Source: Eledone cirrhosa (taxonomy: Eukaryota). Taken from it: a DNA stretch of 64,000 nucleotides. This document shows, piece by piece, positions 1 to 12,397 of the stretch. Within the stretch, counting starts at the first letter, position 1, and the number at the start of each line of letters is the position of its first letter. Below the pieces are notes generated by a model. It did no database searches, had not been told where the DNA came from, and was given only the letters and a program-made list of their open reading frames with translations. Where the stretch lies: NCBI GenBank assembly GCA_964016885.1, contig OZ024742.1, positions 50,902,001-50,966,000 of the forward strand, in the 5' to 3' direction. The position numbers and the translations under genes were made by a program.

Positions 1-3000
1 GGGAATCGTGCATGTCTGCGCCTCTCCCACCAGACCACGAACGACAAGTGCCAACCTCTTTGCTAGCATCTTCGCCAAAATCTTGAACTCTGTGTTTAGC
101 AGAGTTATGGGCCTGAAATTATCTATGTTATCCGCCTTGTTCGGATCCTTTCTCAGCAGTCCACCGCTCCTCGGCTCACAGATCTGAGAATTCTCCAGTT
201 CTGTTGCCAGTTGCAGTAGACGACCACCAAGAGGCCTCCGAACAAGTCTAGCTTCTGTACGTAAAGTTCATAGGGCAGACCATCCAAACCAGGCGATTTA
301 CCCCTTATGCAACCAGTCATTGCCTCCCGTACTTCAGCGGCTGTTATCGGCTTTTTGCAACACTCCGCCTCAGTGGCCGAGAGCCGCGGCAGTCCGTCGA
401 GGTAAACACTAAAGCCATCCCTGGACCCGGCCCGCCGCTGACCCCGAACAGCTGAGAGAAGTGTCGCTGAAAAGCTTTACACATTGCCCGGGATCGAGTA
501 GCATGCGCCCGTCGTGGTCCACCAAAGAACGGATCGTGGCTTTTTTGCCACGGCGCGCCTCCGCTACTCGGGCTCATTGAAAGGTTTCGTCCACTCGTGT
601 CTCAGAGCACGCACCCTAGCTCTGACAACGCAGCCTTCGTGCAATGCATTGAAGAATTGGCCAAATGTCAATTTTGGCGCAAGTACGTCGGTCGCGAAGC
701 CTTTGCTAAGCGCCTCGTCTAACTAGTTCTCCCTATGCTCTATTTTTCTCTATAGCTAAAGCCTTACTAAATCTAATGGACTCTATTCTAATCACTCTTT
801 TCAGAGCAAACCACCACTTGTTGTTTACGATGCCTATCTAAGTTGTTTACGATGCCAGTCTATGAAGCCTATCTAAGTCAACCACACAGATCAGGAATCT
901 GTGGTCCGTGTAGCTGACTATCTTGAATTCTGGACAGGCTATGCTAGACCTATCTATTTCCCTACAAAATACTCTATCTAGATATGATCTGGATGACCCT
1001 ATGCGATTTGTCCAAGTCCACATTGGTACATTCGGGAAGTCCATTCGGTACCTGTCAGACAGTTCAAAACACCTGAGCAGGTTGGTGAGACTCTTGCACC
1101 CTCCTTCCCTATCCACTAATCCCACACAATCCCAGCGTGCATCTAAGATCCCGTTCCAGTCGCCCACTAACACTAAAGAGCGGGACGTTCCAAGAAAGGG
1201 CTCCAGACGCCGGAAGAAATCAGGCCGCCCTGCTCCTGTCGGGGCATAGACGGCCACTAACCTGAAAGCTTGCCTTCTCCGCTGGTCACGTCCAGCACCA
1301 CCAACTTACCTTCTGGATCCAGGAAGATGGCCCGTATGGCAAGATCCAAACCTCTCCGAAAAAGCACCCCCCCCGATCCCGGACGGCTGGGAGATGCGTA
1401 CACATAGTAGCCGCCAAAGATCGGTGCGAAGGCCCGTGCTTCGGAGATTCTGGTTTCGGTGATGGCCACTACATCTATGTTTAGTGACCTGAGGTCGTTG
1501 AGCAGGTGGCCCTGCTTCCATGACGACCCCAAGCCACGCGCATTTATGCTGCCTATTCTGAGTGAGGTCATGTTGAAAAGGAGTGGAAAAGATGGGAAAG
1601 ACCACTTACCTTACTTCTCGTAGGGGAAGGACGGTTTTTCCATCCTTTTCACTGCTTGTGGCCTCCTCAGGAAGGATGTCCTTATAAATCCTCCTGGAGA
1701 GTGCTTGTCGGAAGTCTCCGATGTCTTTGGGGAATTTTTGTTTTAGTGTCATGTACGTTTTCTGTGTGATGCGAGTGATTTGTATGTGTGGAGGTGGTGT
1801 GAATTTTTGGGTTGTTGTGTAGTCTTTTTCTGTGATGCTAGTGTTGTGTTGGAAGTAGTGTAATAATTGCTTGTTGTTCAAATTTAATGCTGTGTAGTGT
1901 GTATCGTTTCGGTTGTTTTGTTTTGTTTGCGTTTGTTGTGGGTTTGTTTGTTTCGCATTTTGGTGACTTTTGTGGTGTAGGTGATGGTGGTGTTGGGGTT
2001 AATGATGGTGATGGTGTTGGTGTTCGGGTTGATGGGGTTGGTGATGCTGGTGTGGATGGTGGCATATATGTCCTAACTTTTTTGTTTGTTAATTTATTTG
2101 TTTCCCTCTGTATTTTGTTTTTGGAGGGGGAAGGATGATAATTTTTTCTTTTTTGGTTTCTATTTTTTTTCCTGAAACCGTTTCCCACTCCTCGTCGTCA
2201 CAATCTGTCTCCAGTTGTGATAGGGCGGGAAGTGGAAAATCCTCCACAGGCGTAAGTTTTGGTTGTGGCGCGGTGGATGTTGTAGGCGCTGGTGCTAGTT
2301 CTGAAGCGTTGGGTGGTGGTGGTGTTGGTTTTGTTGGTGGTGTTGGTTTTGCTACTGCTGCTGGGGTTGTTGCTGTTATAGTTGCTTCTGTTGTTGCTGC
2401 TACAGTTGTTGCTGCCATCTATGCTACTGGTGGTGTTGATGGTTGTATCACTGGGGTGGGTAGGAGAGGTAGCCTCAACCTTTTAGCCTGAGGGCAGAAA
2501 GCCCTTAGGTGGGTTCCTTCACCACAAACGACACACCTAGGCCTTCTGCCCTCGACAATTACGGTGAGGATGCTGCCGTCAGTGAGGTGTATTACCTCTG
2601 GGAACTCCTCAATGCTTTTTTGGTCCGCTTGGATCAGGAGCTCTATCCCAGATCCGGACCAGTTCTCCTGCTTTTCTTTTGCTATTGCTATTATTTTTGT
2701 GTTGGCTTCGATGCCGGCGAGGACGGCCGCTATTAGCCAGGGTATTTCGATGGCCGCTGGAACGTGGGTCACCCTGATCTTTAGCTTGGGACGAGTGTGA
2801 AGTCGTTACTTCTTAATGGGGCCATGGAGTGTCTTCTAGCCTCCTCTGGTGTTTCAAAGAACACGTCCACGGTTCCATACTTCTGCCCACGTCTGATGTG
2901 GGTTTTTCTTGCCCACACATGTCCCAAAGCTTTTTGGATTTGGGACTCGGATGCCCGTTCCACTCGGCGCGATTTTACATTTATTGTTCGATACGACACG

Positions 3001-3771
3001 GTGCATAGGCGCCGATGATTCATTTTATTAGTTGTGGGGGGGGGCTGACCCTGTACCCATCTTTCTTTACCATTTGTTTGGCATTTTATAAATCCCCCTA
3101 AGTTACCGTAAATGCTTCGAACTGTTTTGCTACTCTGGCAAAACTCATGGTGGTTTTTTTAATGTCATTGTTGTTGTTGTTGCTATCGTTATTTTTGTTA
3201 TTATTTATTTTAGTTTCAGTTGTGGTGGTGGTGACGTCAGTGAAAGTCGGTTTGGGAGAGTCCATTTTGGTTGAAAATATTTCGACATCACGAGTTGATT
3301 TATTTTTTCCTTTTGTTTCTGTTGTCGCGGTGGTGGTGGGGGTGGTGGTTGTCGCGTGGTGGTGGTGGTGGTGGCTTTAACACCTGCAGTCATTGGTAAT
3401 CGCGGGAAATGAATGTCTGCCTGAGACAAATTAAAAATATTGCTAGTGCTTAAATTGTTTGTGTTGGAAGACATATAATCATTTACAATGGAGGTGTCGG
3501 TGTGAGGTGTTAATTTGTGAGGAAGGCTTTCAGCTGCTTGGTGCAGAGATGAATTAGCCACTTTTCTTTCAAAGAAATTTTTTGACAATCATAAAAGTTT
3601 AAATTTTGGGCATAAGGCCCCAATCTTTTTGAGTGTCCTTTTCGGAAACCAATGTATGTGTGCTTATATATAGTTAACAATAAAAAATTTCCATAAATGG
3701 AAATTTTTAACAAACGGAAATAACAAACCTTTGCGGAGCTCACGATGATACGATTTACTACGTAGGTCGCC
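1..3771 (-). mobile_element. Decayed L1/Tx1-clade non-LTR retrotransposon (5' region, ORF1, start of ORF2), runs off the window start
   Basis: ORF1 pieces 3023-1606 include a zinc knuckle RCVVCGEGTHLRAFC (CX2CX4HX4C) and a Pro/Thr-rich linker. ORF2 has APE endonuclease motifs (SINARGL, AITETR, VGDWNG, YLDRVF, YTDH; 1571-847) and RT N-terminal motifs (FRPITLLNTEFKILAK, about 70-120). Many frameshifts. Confidence 0.92.

Positions 3772-3831
<60 letters not shown>
3772..3831. repeat. (AAT)n microsatellite
   Basis: About 20 perfect AAT units between the L1/Tx1 5' end and the Dong-like element. Confidence 0.98.
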
Positions 3832-5027
3832 CACATCTGAACAGTAGGAATGCCATAAGTGCAGTAAATTCCCGAGCTGTGTTAGGTACAGTGCGGGAAT
3901 TCTGAAATGGAATGTTGCTGAACAAAAAGAAATGGATAGGAAGACTAGGATGCTATTGACTATCTACAAAATACTCCACAAGAGGAGTGATGTCGATAGA
4001 CTCTACTTAAGGAGATCTGAAGGCGGAAGTGGTCTTATCAGCATAGAGGACTGTGTTCAGATGGAGAAAATCAACCTACACAAATAGGTGACTGACAGGA
4101 GGGAGCCAATGCACAGAATTGTACTGAAGGAGAGAACAATAGACCAGGGGACGTCCAAGGAGGAAATAACAACAAGGAGGAAGAGCAACCTTCATGATAA
4201 ATCCCTTCATAGTACCTTCTTTGAGAAAACTGAATTTAGAGATCATCAGACATGGAACTGTTTGAAAAGAGGAGACCTTAAAAAGGCTACCGAAGGAATG
4301 CTAATGGCTGCGCAAGGGCAGGCCCTCAAAACGAAGTGGCTGAAACATCATATTTACAAGGAGGAGGCTAGCCCTCTGTGTAGGATCTGTGGAGAGAGAG
4401 AGGAGACTGTGGCTCACATTGTATCCGAGTGTAAACACCTAGCCCAGACTCACTATAAAGGCTGGAGACATGATGTGATGGGCAGGATGATCCACTGGCA
4501 ACTATGCAAAGTAAACATTTTTCCACATTCTGAGAAGTGGTATGAGCATAAGCCAGAGTCGGTGATAGAAAACGATCAGGTGAAGGTGCTGTATGATGTT
4601 AGGATACAGACGGACTAGAAACTGGAACACAATAGTCCCGACCTTGTGATTTTGGACAAGGTAAAAAGATCGTGCCTGATTGTGGATGTGGCTTGCCCAT
4701 TCGACACGAGAGTGCAAGAGAAGATGAGGGAGAAAATTAACCGATACAAGGACTTAAAGTGGGAGGTAAAACGGATTTGGAACTGCCATGAAGTCAAAGT
4801 GGTCCCGATTGTCATAGGCGCACTAGGTACTATCTGAAAGAGTTTCCAAGAATGGTTAAAAAACATTAGTCCAGCCTCTATTTTTGGAAGACTTCAAAAG
4901 GCATGCTTGCTGGGAACAGCAAGAACCCTCCGATACGTCCTGAATATCTGAGGCTGCAGGTAGTGGCTTGATATTCATTTCAACAAACATTTCAGTTAAA
5001 TAAAATCACTGACTGAGTCTCAAAGAA
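3832..5027 (+). mobile_element. 5'-truncated R4/Dong-clade non-LTR retrotransposon (RT thumb, CCHC finger, restriction-like endonuclease)
   Basis: DVDRLYL..GG.GL, CRICGEREETVAHIVSEC, RHD, PDLVI..IVDVACP, KY.DL and VPIVIGALG motifs, with in-frame stops. Flanked on both sides by AAT repeats, as known for Dong elements. Confidence 0.88.
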
Positions 5028-5048
5028 CAATAATAATAATACTAATAA

Positions 5049-5140
5049 TAATTGTTTCTACTTTTGGCACAAGGCCAGCAATTACCCAGACAATTACGGG
5101 TACTTTGTTTCATCGACCCTGTAAGGATGAAAGGCAAAGT
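5049..5140 (-). mobile_element. 3' half of tRNA-derived SINE, abutting an L1/Tx1 3' end
   Basis: Matches the 3' part of the SINE copies at 10461-10847 (aattgtttctacttttggcacaaggccagcaatt...aggatgaaaggcaaagtt). Confidence 0.8.
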
Positions 5141-5885
5141 TTCTTTACTGGCCACAAGGGCTAACATGAAGAAAAACATTACAGATGGCACATCGGGTAT
5201 AACAAGGAGATGGAAATGTTTAAAAACAAATCAAATCAAATTCAAACAACAAAAATTCCATAAAAGGGGGAAACCTCCGAGGGTCACTAGTGGTGAATAC
5301 CACACAAAAGACCATGGCCACCCTGATCACCATGGCAATCACCCTCTCTCAGTTTTCCCACTCCTCTGTCTACAGCCGCATACTCAGAACGGGTCCGTTC
5401 ACTCGAATCAGATACGCCACTTTCACCCACCGTTCAACAAACTTACTAGAAGATAGCACTTGCCTCTCCATCCTGATTTTCTTCTTCAAGCGTAATTGAA
5501 AAGGTTAATCATGAATTCACCGAAGAGGAATGTATCCGTCTTCAATCCTTTCACCCTTCTCTACAATACTATCTCTTTCGCTATGGCCACCGGGCAGCTA
5601 AACACTGCCCTTCCTCCTCGTAAAAGGAGAACGGCGGGGCTATCTGCACAATGGACTCAGTCGATAACCGGATCCACCCTACACGTGATAACAAATGTTC
5701 CACATAACCACACAAATCAGCAATGCTCGGGCAATGAACGAGTGCTTGCACACGTCACCATGTGCGCATCTCGGATAGGTTCGGCTGACGGCACTTCCGT
5801 GCCTGTAGAGCTTATCTCGAACCGGCAACGCTCCCCGGTAGCACTACCAGGGATTTCTGGAAGTTGTCCATAGGTCCCGGGCTGA
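5141..5885 (-). mobile_element. 3' end of L1/Tx1 ORF2 (zf-RVT region) plus 3' UTR
   Basis: Minus-strand translation gives GALPVRDKLYRHG...PRC, typical of the L1/Tx1 C-terminal Cys-rich region, followed by a T-rich 3' UTR. Confidence 0.7.
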
Positions 5886-5889
5886 AAGT

Positions 5890-6250
5890 TCTCTTGAAGA
5901 GAGCCGTTGCAGTACCAGTGATTGTGGGAGCACTGGGAATGATAAAGAAAGGAAAAGAATAATATTTGCGAATGATTCCTGGTTTACCCTCTCTGCAAAA
6001 GGTGCATAAAATGTTTTCACTGGTACTGCACATGTATTGAGAAGAGCACTATCTATGTGAGAATGATACCCCCTCCCCTCTTGTATGGTTGTGTGTGTGA
6101 GTAGAGCATTATCGCTGTAAGAATGATAAGCTGTAAATTATATTCAATGTGGTGCCTTAACTGGCTTACCAATGTATAGCAAGTATCTGCCCTTGGTGTC
6201 AGGAAGACACTCGTCATATATCAGATATAATACTGAAGGAAAAGGAAAAT
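5890..6250 (+). mobile_element. 3' fragment of a second R4/Dong-like element
   Basis: VAVPVIVGALGMIKK...IPGLPSLQKV parallels the C-terminus at 4790-4950. Ends in an AAT-rich tract. Confidence 0.7.
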
Positions 6251-6299
6251 CAATAACAATAATAATAATGATAATAATAATTAATTTTCATGAAGCTCA

Positions 6300-6600
6300 A
6301 AGACACAGTGCTAATTGGCTTGTAACAAGTCTATTGGCTTGTGTCAAGCCTTTGCGTTACCCGGTTTTCCAGGGGTTAAGCGACTGAGCGTACGAGTGCC
6401 CCTCTCCCCTGGACAAATCATCAGTCCGTCGCAGTGCTAAATTCCCAGCTAATGCTGTTATTCATTTCCAGCTGAGTACCCTGGTGCAATGTGAAATGGA
6501 GTGTTTTGCTCAAGAACACAACACACAACCCAGTCAAGTAATCGAACTCACCGCATTATGATCGTAAGTCCGAAAAACGTACGACTACGTTACGCACCAG
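6300..6600 (-). mobile_element. tRNA-derived SINE, second family (CORE/V-SINE-like)
   Basis: Minus strand has B-box-like gagttcgatt, then gtgttcttgagcaaaacact and ctgcgacggactg...gtccagggg blocks typical of metazoan SINE central domains. Confidence 0.6.
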
Positions 6601-6880
6601 CAGTTGTCTTGGGAAAAAAAATGACGACATAATATTGAAAACCGCAAGGACAGTAAAATCACAGCAGCCACTCTAGCCATGATTGAATAATATAACATGA
6701 ATCGAACAATACAAATATTTGCCGAATGAATAAGATGACCCTTTTAACTGTTTTGAACTTGTGGTAATTGCGCTTAAATTTATTGATTTCCTCACGTCTA
6801 GGCTAGTCTCATAAATAGATTAGCTTTTGTTATCAGCCGAACAAATGTGATAATACACGCTGAAATGAGAGGCTAATCTA

Positions 6881-6931
6881 GCTGTACTTCAACTGAACTT
6901 TGACTGAAGTCACATAAAAGTGATCAATGTA
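6881..6931 (-). CDS. Candidate terminal exon of an unidentified host gene (YIDHFYVTSVKVQLKYS*)
   Basis: ctccttcag acceptor, then a short open frame to TAG in non-repetitive DNA. No homology recognised; boundaries approximate. Confidence 0.15.
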
Positions 6932-8501
6932 CTGAAGGAGTCATCATATTTTCATACATTTATTCACCTCAGTTTGCGGTAGTTATAGTTTTGATCAACC
7001 GTTTTGGAATTTCACGTATCTAGTGGTATATTAATGAAGACTGCAATACGTCCTTTGTGATAGTAAGAAGTCTATTAAACACCTCATTAGAGACACTTAA
7101 GTATTCAAATCATCAGTTAATAGGCACACCACGTTTGAAGATTTAATACAAATAATTTACTCTTTCTTTTCAAGAAAATATTTCGAAGTTAGAGATCTAT
7201 TTCGTCCTCAGTACATGAAGGTTTAATTTTTTCTTCTTGAAAATTTAACAAGAAATATTTTTTGGATTATCTCAATAGGCACTTATATCTACCATATCAG
7301 TGCCTATTCTACCATTATGGCTTCCTGATATTACAGTTACTATGGATTGTAATTAATGGCCATTCATCATCAGTGTTCGCTCTTTTGCACGAAATATCTG
7401 TCTATTCCTCCCGTTAACTAAGTTCCTATCCTAGCTTCTCGATCACAATAAGGTTTCTAATAATTTGCTCTATTCAATTTTATATATTTCAATCTGAAGC
7501 TTCATTAGTTTCGAACTTGATTATGTCTGTATTACTATGACCATGCAATATAGATTATTTTTTTTTAAATTTTAATTTTAATCATGCAATGTGTGTTCGT
7601 GACTGACATAGAGTAAAAGTAAGATTCCAATCAGGCGAGTTTGTGTGCACAAATGGTTTCTATTTCTGATTGGAACTATTCATTATTACATCATTAATGT
7701 CCTTAAATAAGTACCGAGGAACAGAATATATTTATTTGTGGATATCTGTCTTAGGCTGGAGGAATAAATATTTAATGCAATGTCCTCCAAACACAGTTAA
7801 AAAATAAAATAACACCCATACTGAAGAGAAAACTAATGAGCTTAATGAAGGCAAGATAAGCAACCATGAACATGCAGTTTACTCTTAAAAAACAGAATGC
7901 ATATATCTATATGAATAGCCATTATGCTTAATGTTAGTAATGAATAAGTTTAGTACATGCGGCTAGAACGAGATGTACCAAGACAGGTTTATAAAAATCG
8001 ATGTTTTAAATATTATTTGAAATGTTTCAGCCTAGGAAAAAAAATGAAATATTCAAATAAAAGTATATTAGAATCCTATTGTTTCTTTTCGACAACGCTT
8101 CTAATGTAATACAACGCATGTTAACATCAATTAGCTCTCAACGAATACCATGAATATGGATTGATATCCTATAACTGCAGTCTCCTGTAACTAGAAGGAT
8201 GCAAGTGCATTTATCTAACGAATCTAGTATAGATTTGCTTTATTCAGAAATATTAGTTTACATCTCGTATTAACCATCATTATACAAAAATGTAATCGAT
8301 GACAACAGCATCTAATCAATGACAACTCCTTAGAAATCAATTAATTATTTAGACTTCTAAAAATATATGCAAAGTATTCAACAACCATCTTTTTATCGCT
8401 TGATACATTTATCCCTGACGTTATTTTGTGGCCCCAAGTAGGGAAAGGAAGGAAAATGCACCTAATATTTGATGAGGCCAAAGGGCCAGGTTCCTGACAT
8501 A

Positions 8502-8549
8502 CATCGTGACTTGCGTATTTTTCTCCAGGTCTAAACATTGCCGAATTCA
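8502..8549 (-). CDS. Candidate 48-nt internal exon (MNSAMFRPGEKYASHD)
   Basis: Polypyrimidine acceptor ttttccttgtccttcttcag, donor gtatgt, only one open frame. Confidence 0.3.
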
Positions 8550-8674
8550 TCTGAAGAAGGACAAGGAAAAGATGTATTGGCAACCAGCATCGAAATTGTA
8601 GTTTATTTGTTGGCCTCGAATCGACAAAGTTGTCTCAGGGATTTGAACTCCGACAAATCTGCCAGTTGGCTTTT

Positions 8675-8716
<42 letters not shown>

Positions 8717-9171
8717 GAGTGTGTGATTGCGTATGTGTGTGTGTAAGGTATTAGCATGTTCCGAATGAGAAGGTAATATACAAATGTCTTTCTCATTTAA
8801 TTCATAGTGGATTGCTGAGGTTTCTGGTTCGAAATATATTTATATTCACTACAAATCTAGGAGATGTAAAGATCATTTTGTAACCGCTAAAATTGCTAGA
8901 ATTTATGACGGAAATATTCATGAGTGACACAAGATTTCTCCTTGACATGCAAGAAGGAATTAATCTTTCAGTGCATTTCACTTCTATTATGGGACTTTGA
9001 AATAATTCATATATAGCAATCAATTTTATTTGTTTAAGCATTTACAATAAACTAATGTAGGAGAGGAATTCAGTACGATAATGAACATCTGAAGAATCAA
9101 TATAATTACATTATATTTTTCAAACTGTAAGTGTTCAGTTTTACATTACATGTCATGGTCATTATTATCGG

Positions 9172-9780
9172 TCGATTGGCAGTATCGGTAGATAGTCGGA
9201 CGCCATGCTTTCCAGCATAGTTACGTCCCTTTACGGTCTGATTTCAAATCCCTCCGAGGTTTACTTTGCCTTTCATCCTTACGGGGTCGATAAAATAAAG
9301 TACCAGTAATGCACTGGGTATGTTGCTGGCCTTGTGCCTAAAGTAGAAACAATTATTATTATTAATAACAGTGAGGGCGGTGGATTGGCAGTATCGGTAG
9401 AGGGTCGGACGCCATGCTTTGCACCATAGAGTTACGGCCCTTTACTATGTGAGTTCAAATCACGTGGAGGTTAACCTTGCGTTTCATCCTTAAGGCGTCG
9501 ATAAAATAAAGTACTAGACAGGCCCTGGGTCGATTTAATCGATTTTCCCCTCCCCCAAAATTGCTGGCCTTGTAACAATATAAGAAACCATTATTAATAA
9601 GGATTGGCAGTATCGGTAGAGGGTCGGACGCCATGCTTCCAGCATAGTTATGTCCCTTTACGGTCTGAGTTCAAATCGAGGTTAACTTTGCCTTTCATCC
9701 TTACGGGGTCGATAAAATAAAGTACCAGTAATGCACTGGGTAATTGCTGGCCTTGTGCCAAATGTAGAAACAATTATTAA
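9172..9780 (+). mobile_element. Three head-to-tail tRNA-derived SINE copies (9172-9355, 9372-9597, 9601-9780)
   Basis: Each has A-box-like tggcagtatcgg, B-box-like gagttcaaatc, a conserved ctttcatccttacggggtcgataaaataaagtacc block and an attatt tail. Confidence 0.88.
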
Positions 9781-10460
9781 TAACAGTAGAGTAAATTGCA
9801 AATATTGAAAGGAAGAATAGGAAACATCTCCGGTTCCCAACTATATTCGTTCCATTGACGTCGAGAACAGCTGCTAGTGATATAATTATAAATTTACGAA
9901 TCATTTTAATTCATGCAATGCTCTATAATAGAAAATTAACACAAGGCGATCAACAAGTTAGAAAATTTTCATTTAAAACGCAGAGGAAATGATTTTTCAT
10001 AATGTTCAAAATGAATTATTGTGTAAGCTACCTAAAACAGGTTAAACGATATAGATCCATTCTCATTTAAACTAAAACTAGTACTTCGGATTGGAATACA
10101 GTTATATGAGGCCATAATAAAGATAATACAACACATATTTTCGTTTATTATAGCCACGTAAGTTTCTATAATTTTAGATTCGAAAACAGGTATTATATGA
10201 TTATTTAAAAAAACGGTGACCGATTACGTTGAAAGTAATATGCGTATTAATATCTACAGCAATATAGCTAATAGCAAAACACTGTCGCTTCATACACTAC
10301 AACATGAAATATATCGAAAGAAACAGATTTCATGTGTACTAGAACTCACCTCAAAATTGTGTCATAAATGCCGAAGTAAGAAATGCATAGAGAATGACTT
10401 TGACATTGTAAATTAACTTGAATATAGAAGTTGTTTGTACCTTTGACAAAAGAACACTCA

Positions 10461-10847
10461 TAATTGTTTCTACTTTTGGCACAAGGCCAGCAATTATAAA
10501 ACAGTGTATTACTGGTACTTTATTTTATCAACCCCGTAAGGGTGAAAGGCAAAGTTAACCTCGGCGGGATTTAAACTCAGACAATAAAGGGCCGTAACTC
10601 TTTGCTGCGAAGCATGGTATCCGACCCTCTACCGATACTGCCAATCCACTGCCAAATAATTGTTTCTACTTTTGGCACAAGGCCAGCAATTACCCAGTGC
10701 ATTACTGGTACTTTATTTTATCGACCCCGTAAGGATGAAAGGCAAAGTTAACCTCGGCAGGATTTGAACTCAGATCATAAAGAGAGGTAACTCTATGCTT
10801 CAAAGCATGGCGTCCGACCCTTTACCGATACTGCCAATCCACTGCCA
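10461..10847 (-). mobile_element. Two tandem SINE copies of the same family, minus strand
   Basis: Reverse complements of the 9172-9780 family (10461-10654, 10655-10847). Confidence 0.88.
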
Positions 10848-10902
10848 AATGATTAGGAAGAATCAGTAACGAAATGCATGACTAGAAAAGTACTCCAATT
10901 AC

Positions 10903-10977
10903 CTACTCAAGAAAATATGAAAATCAAAGCCAATGTCTGCATGATTCGAAATTGGAACCAAGGATTTGGCATATACC
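10903..10977 (-). CDS. Candidate 75-nt phase-2/phase-2 exon (VYAKSLVPISNHADIGFDFHIFLS)
   Basis: ttttattggcag acceptor, AG|gtaatt donor, length divisible by 3, single open frame. Confidence 0.35.
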
Positions 10978-11107
10978 CTGCCAATAAAATAATATTGATA
11001 TGAATATAAAAATGGCCCCATAAACAATCGCAAAATACATTGATCAGTAACATTATTTTTTGTAATGCCCCAGGAAGCAGTGATATGTTTTACTAGGAAG
11101 ATTTATG

Positions 11108-11161
<54 letters not shown>

Positions 11162-11699
11162 ATATAAATATAAATCATTAATATAAGACAGTTGTTTAAG
11201 ACTATATAGAGTATACTGTAACACATTTTAGAAAGTGAAATATCTTAGCAGAAATTAATGTTTCTTTAATACTGTATTAATATCGACTGAGAGGGTAAGG
11301 TCATTAGATATATGATTAACGTCTCTACCTTTGGTGAAAACAAACACGGTTGAAAAACGCGTACAATTTAAAATATCTGCTAGTATAGTCTAATAGAAGT
11401 TTCATTGTGGTTTTAATCGTTGTTTTATGTCTTTTATTATCCAATATCTAATATAGGAAACCTAGCTAGAAATTGAAGCAGACAGAGAGAATTAAATGAA
11501 ATCGACATCAATAATATAATTGTACTTTGGTTTATCGACGACGGAAGGAGGAAGAACCAATCACGCCGAGATGAATGTTGTCTATATTTTTTAAGACTGC
11601 AATAGAAACACACGCACACAAGCATAAATATATTTATATATATAATGTGGTTGGTTTATGCTGTTCGATATTATTAATTAAATCATTGCTGCAAATCCA

Positions 11700-11838
11700 C
11701 GGCCTCTGATGTGCATTGATTTGACTTATCAATCTATCCGAAAATGACAAGAACCACGACTCTACATCCATTCCTAACAACACTGTACTATACAAGTCAT
11801 AATTGGGTAAAAAATGACTGCTTCCACCAATACTACAT
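11700..11838 (-). CDS. Candidate exon ([45 protein letters not shown])
   Basis: ttttttcacatcactag acceptor and a protein-like open frame in unique DNA. The donor site is weak or unclear. Confidence 0.3.
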
Positions 11839-11894
11839 CTAGTGATGTGAAAAAACTACGGAAAATCGTGAGAAACGAAAATAGCTGTAGCATG

Positions 11895-12306
<412 letters not shown>

Positions 12307-12350
12307 TGAAAAAGAACAAAGGAACTATTATGACATTATAACGAGTTTAT

Positions 12351-12397
12351 TGCCGACAGCCGTTTCGTCCGACCCCATGGTGGAACTTATCAAGGCA
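12351..12397 (-). ncRNA. Minimal type I hammerhead ribozyme (inverted pLTR copy)
   Basis: Mirror of 16296-16342. Confidence 0.7.

Noticed and set aside
9172-9260. tRNA genes at SINE heads
   Set aside because: A/B-box-like motifs without a complete cloverleaf, always followed by the SINE body.
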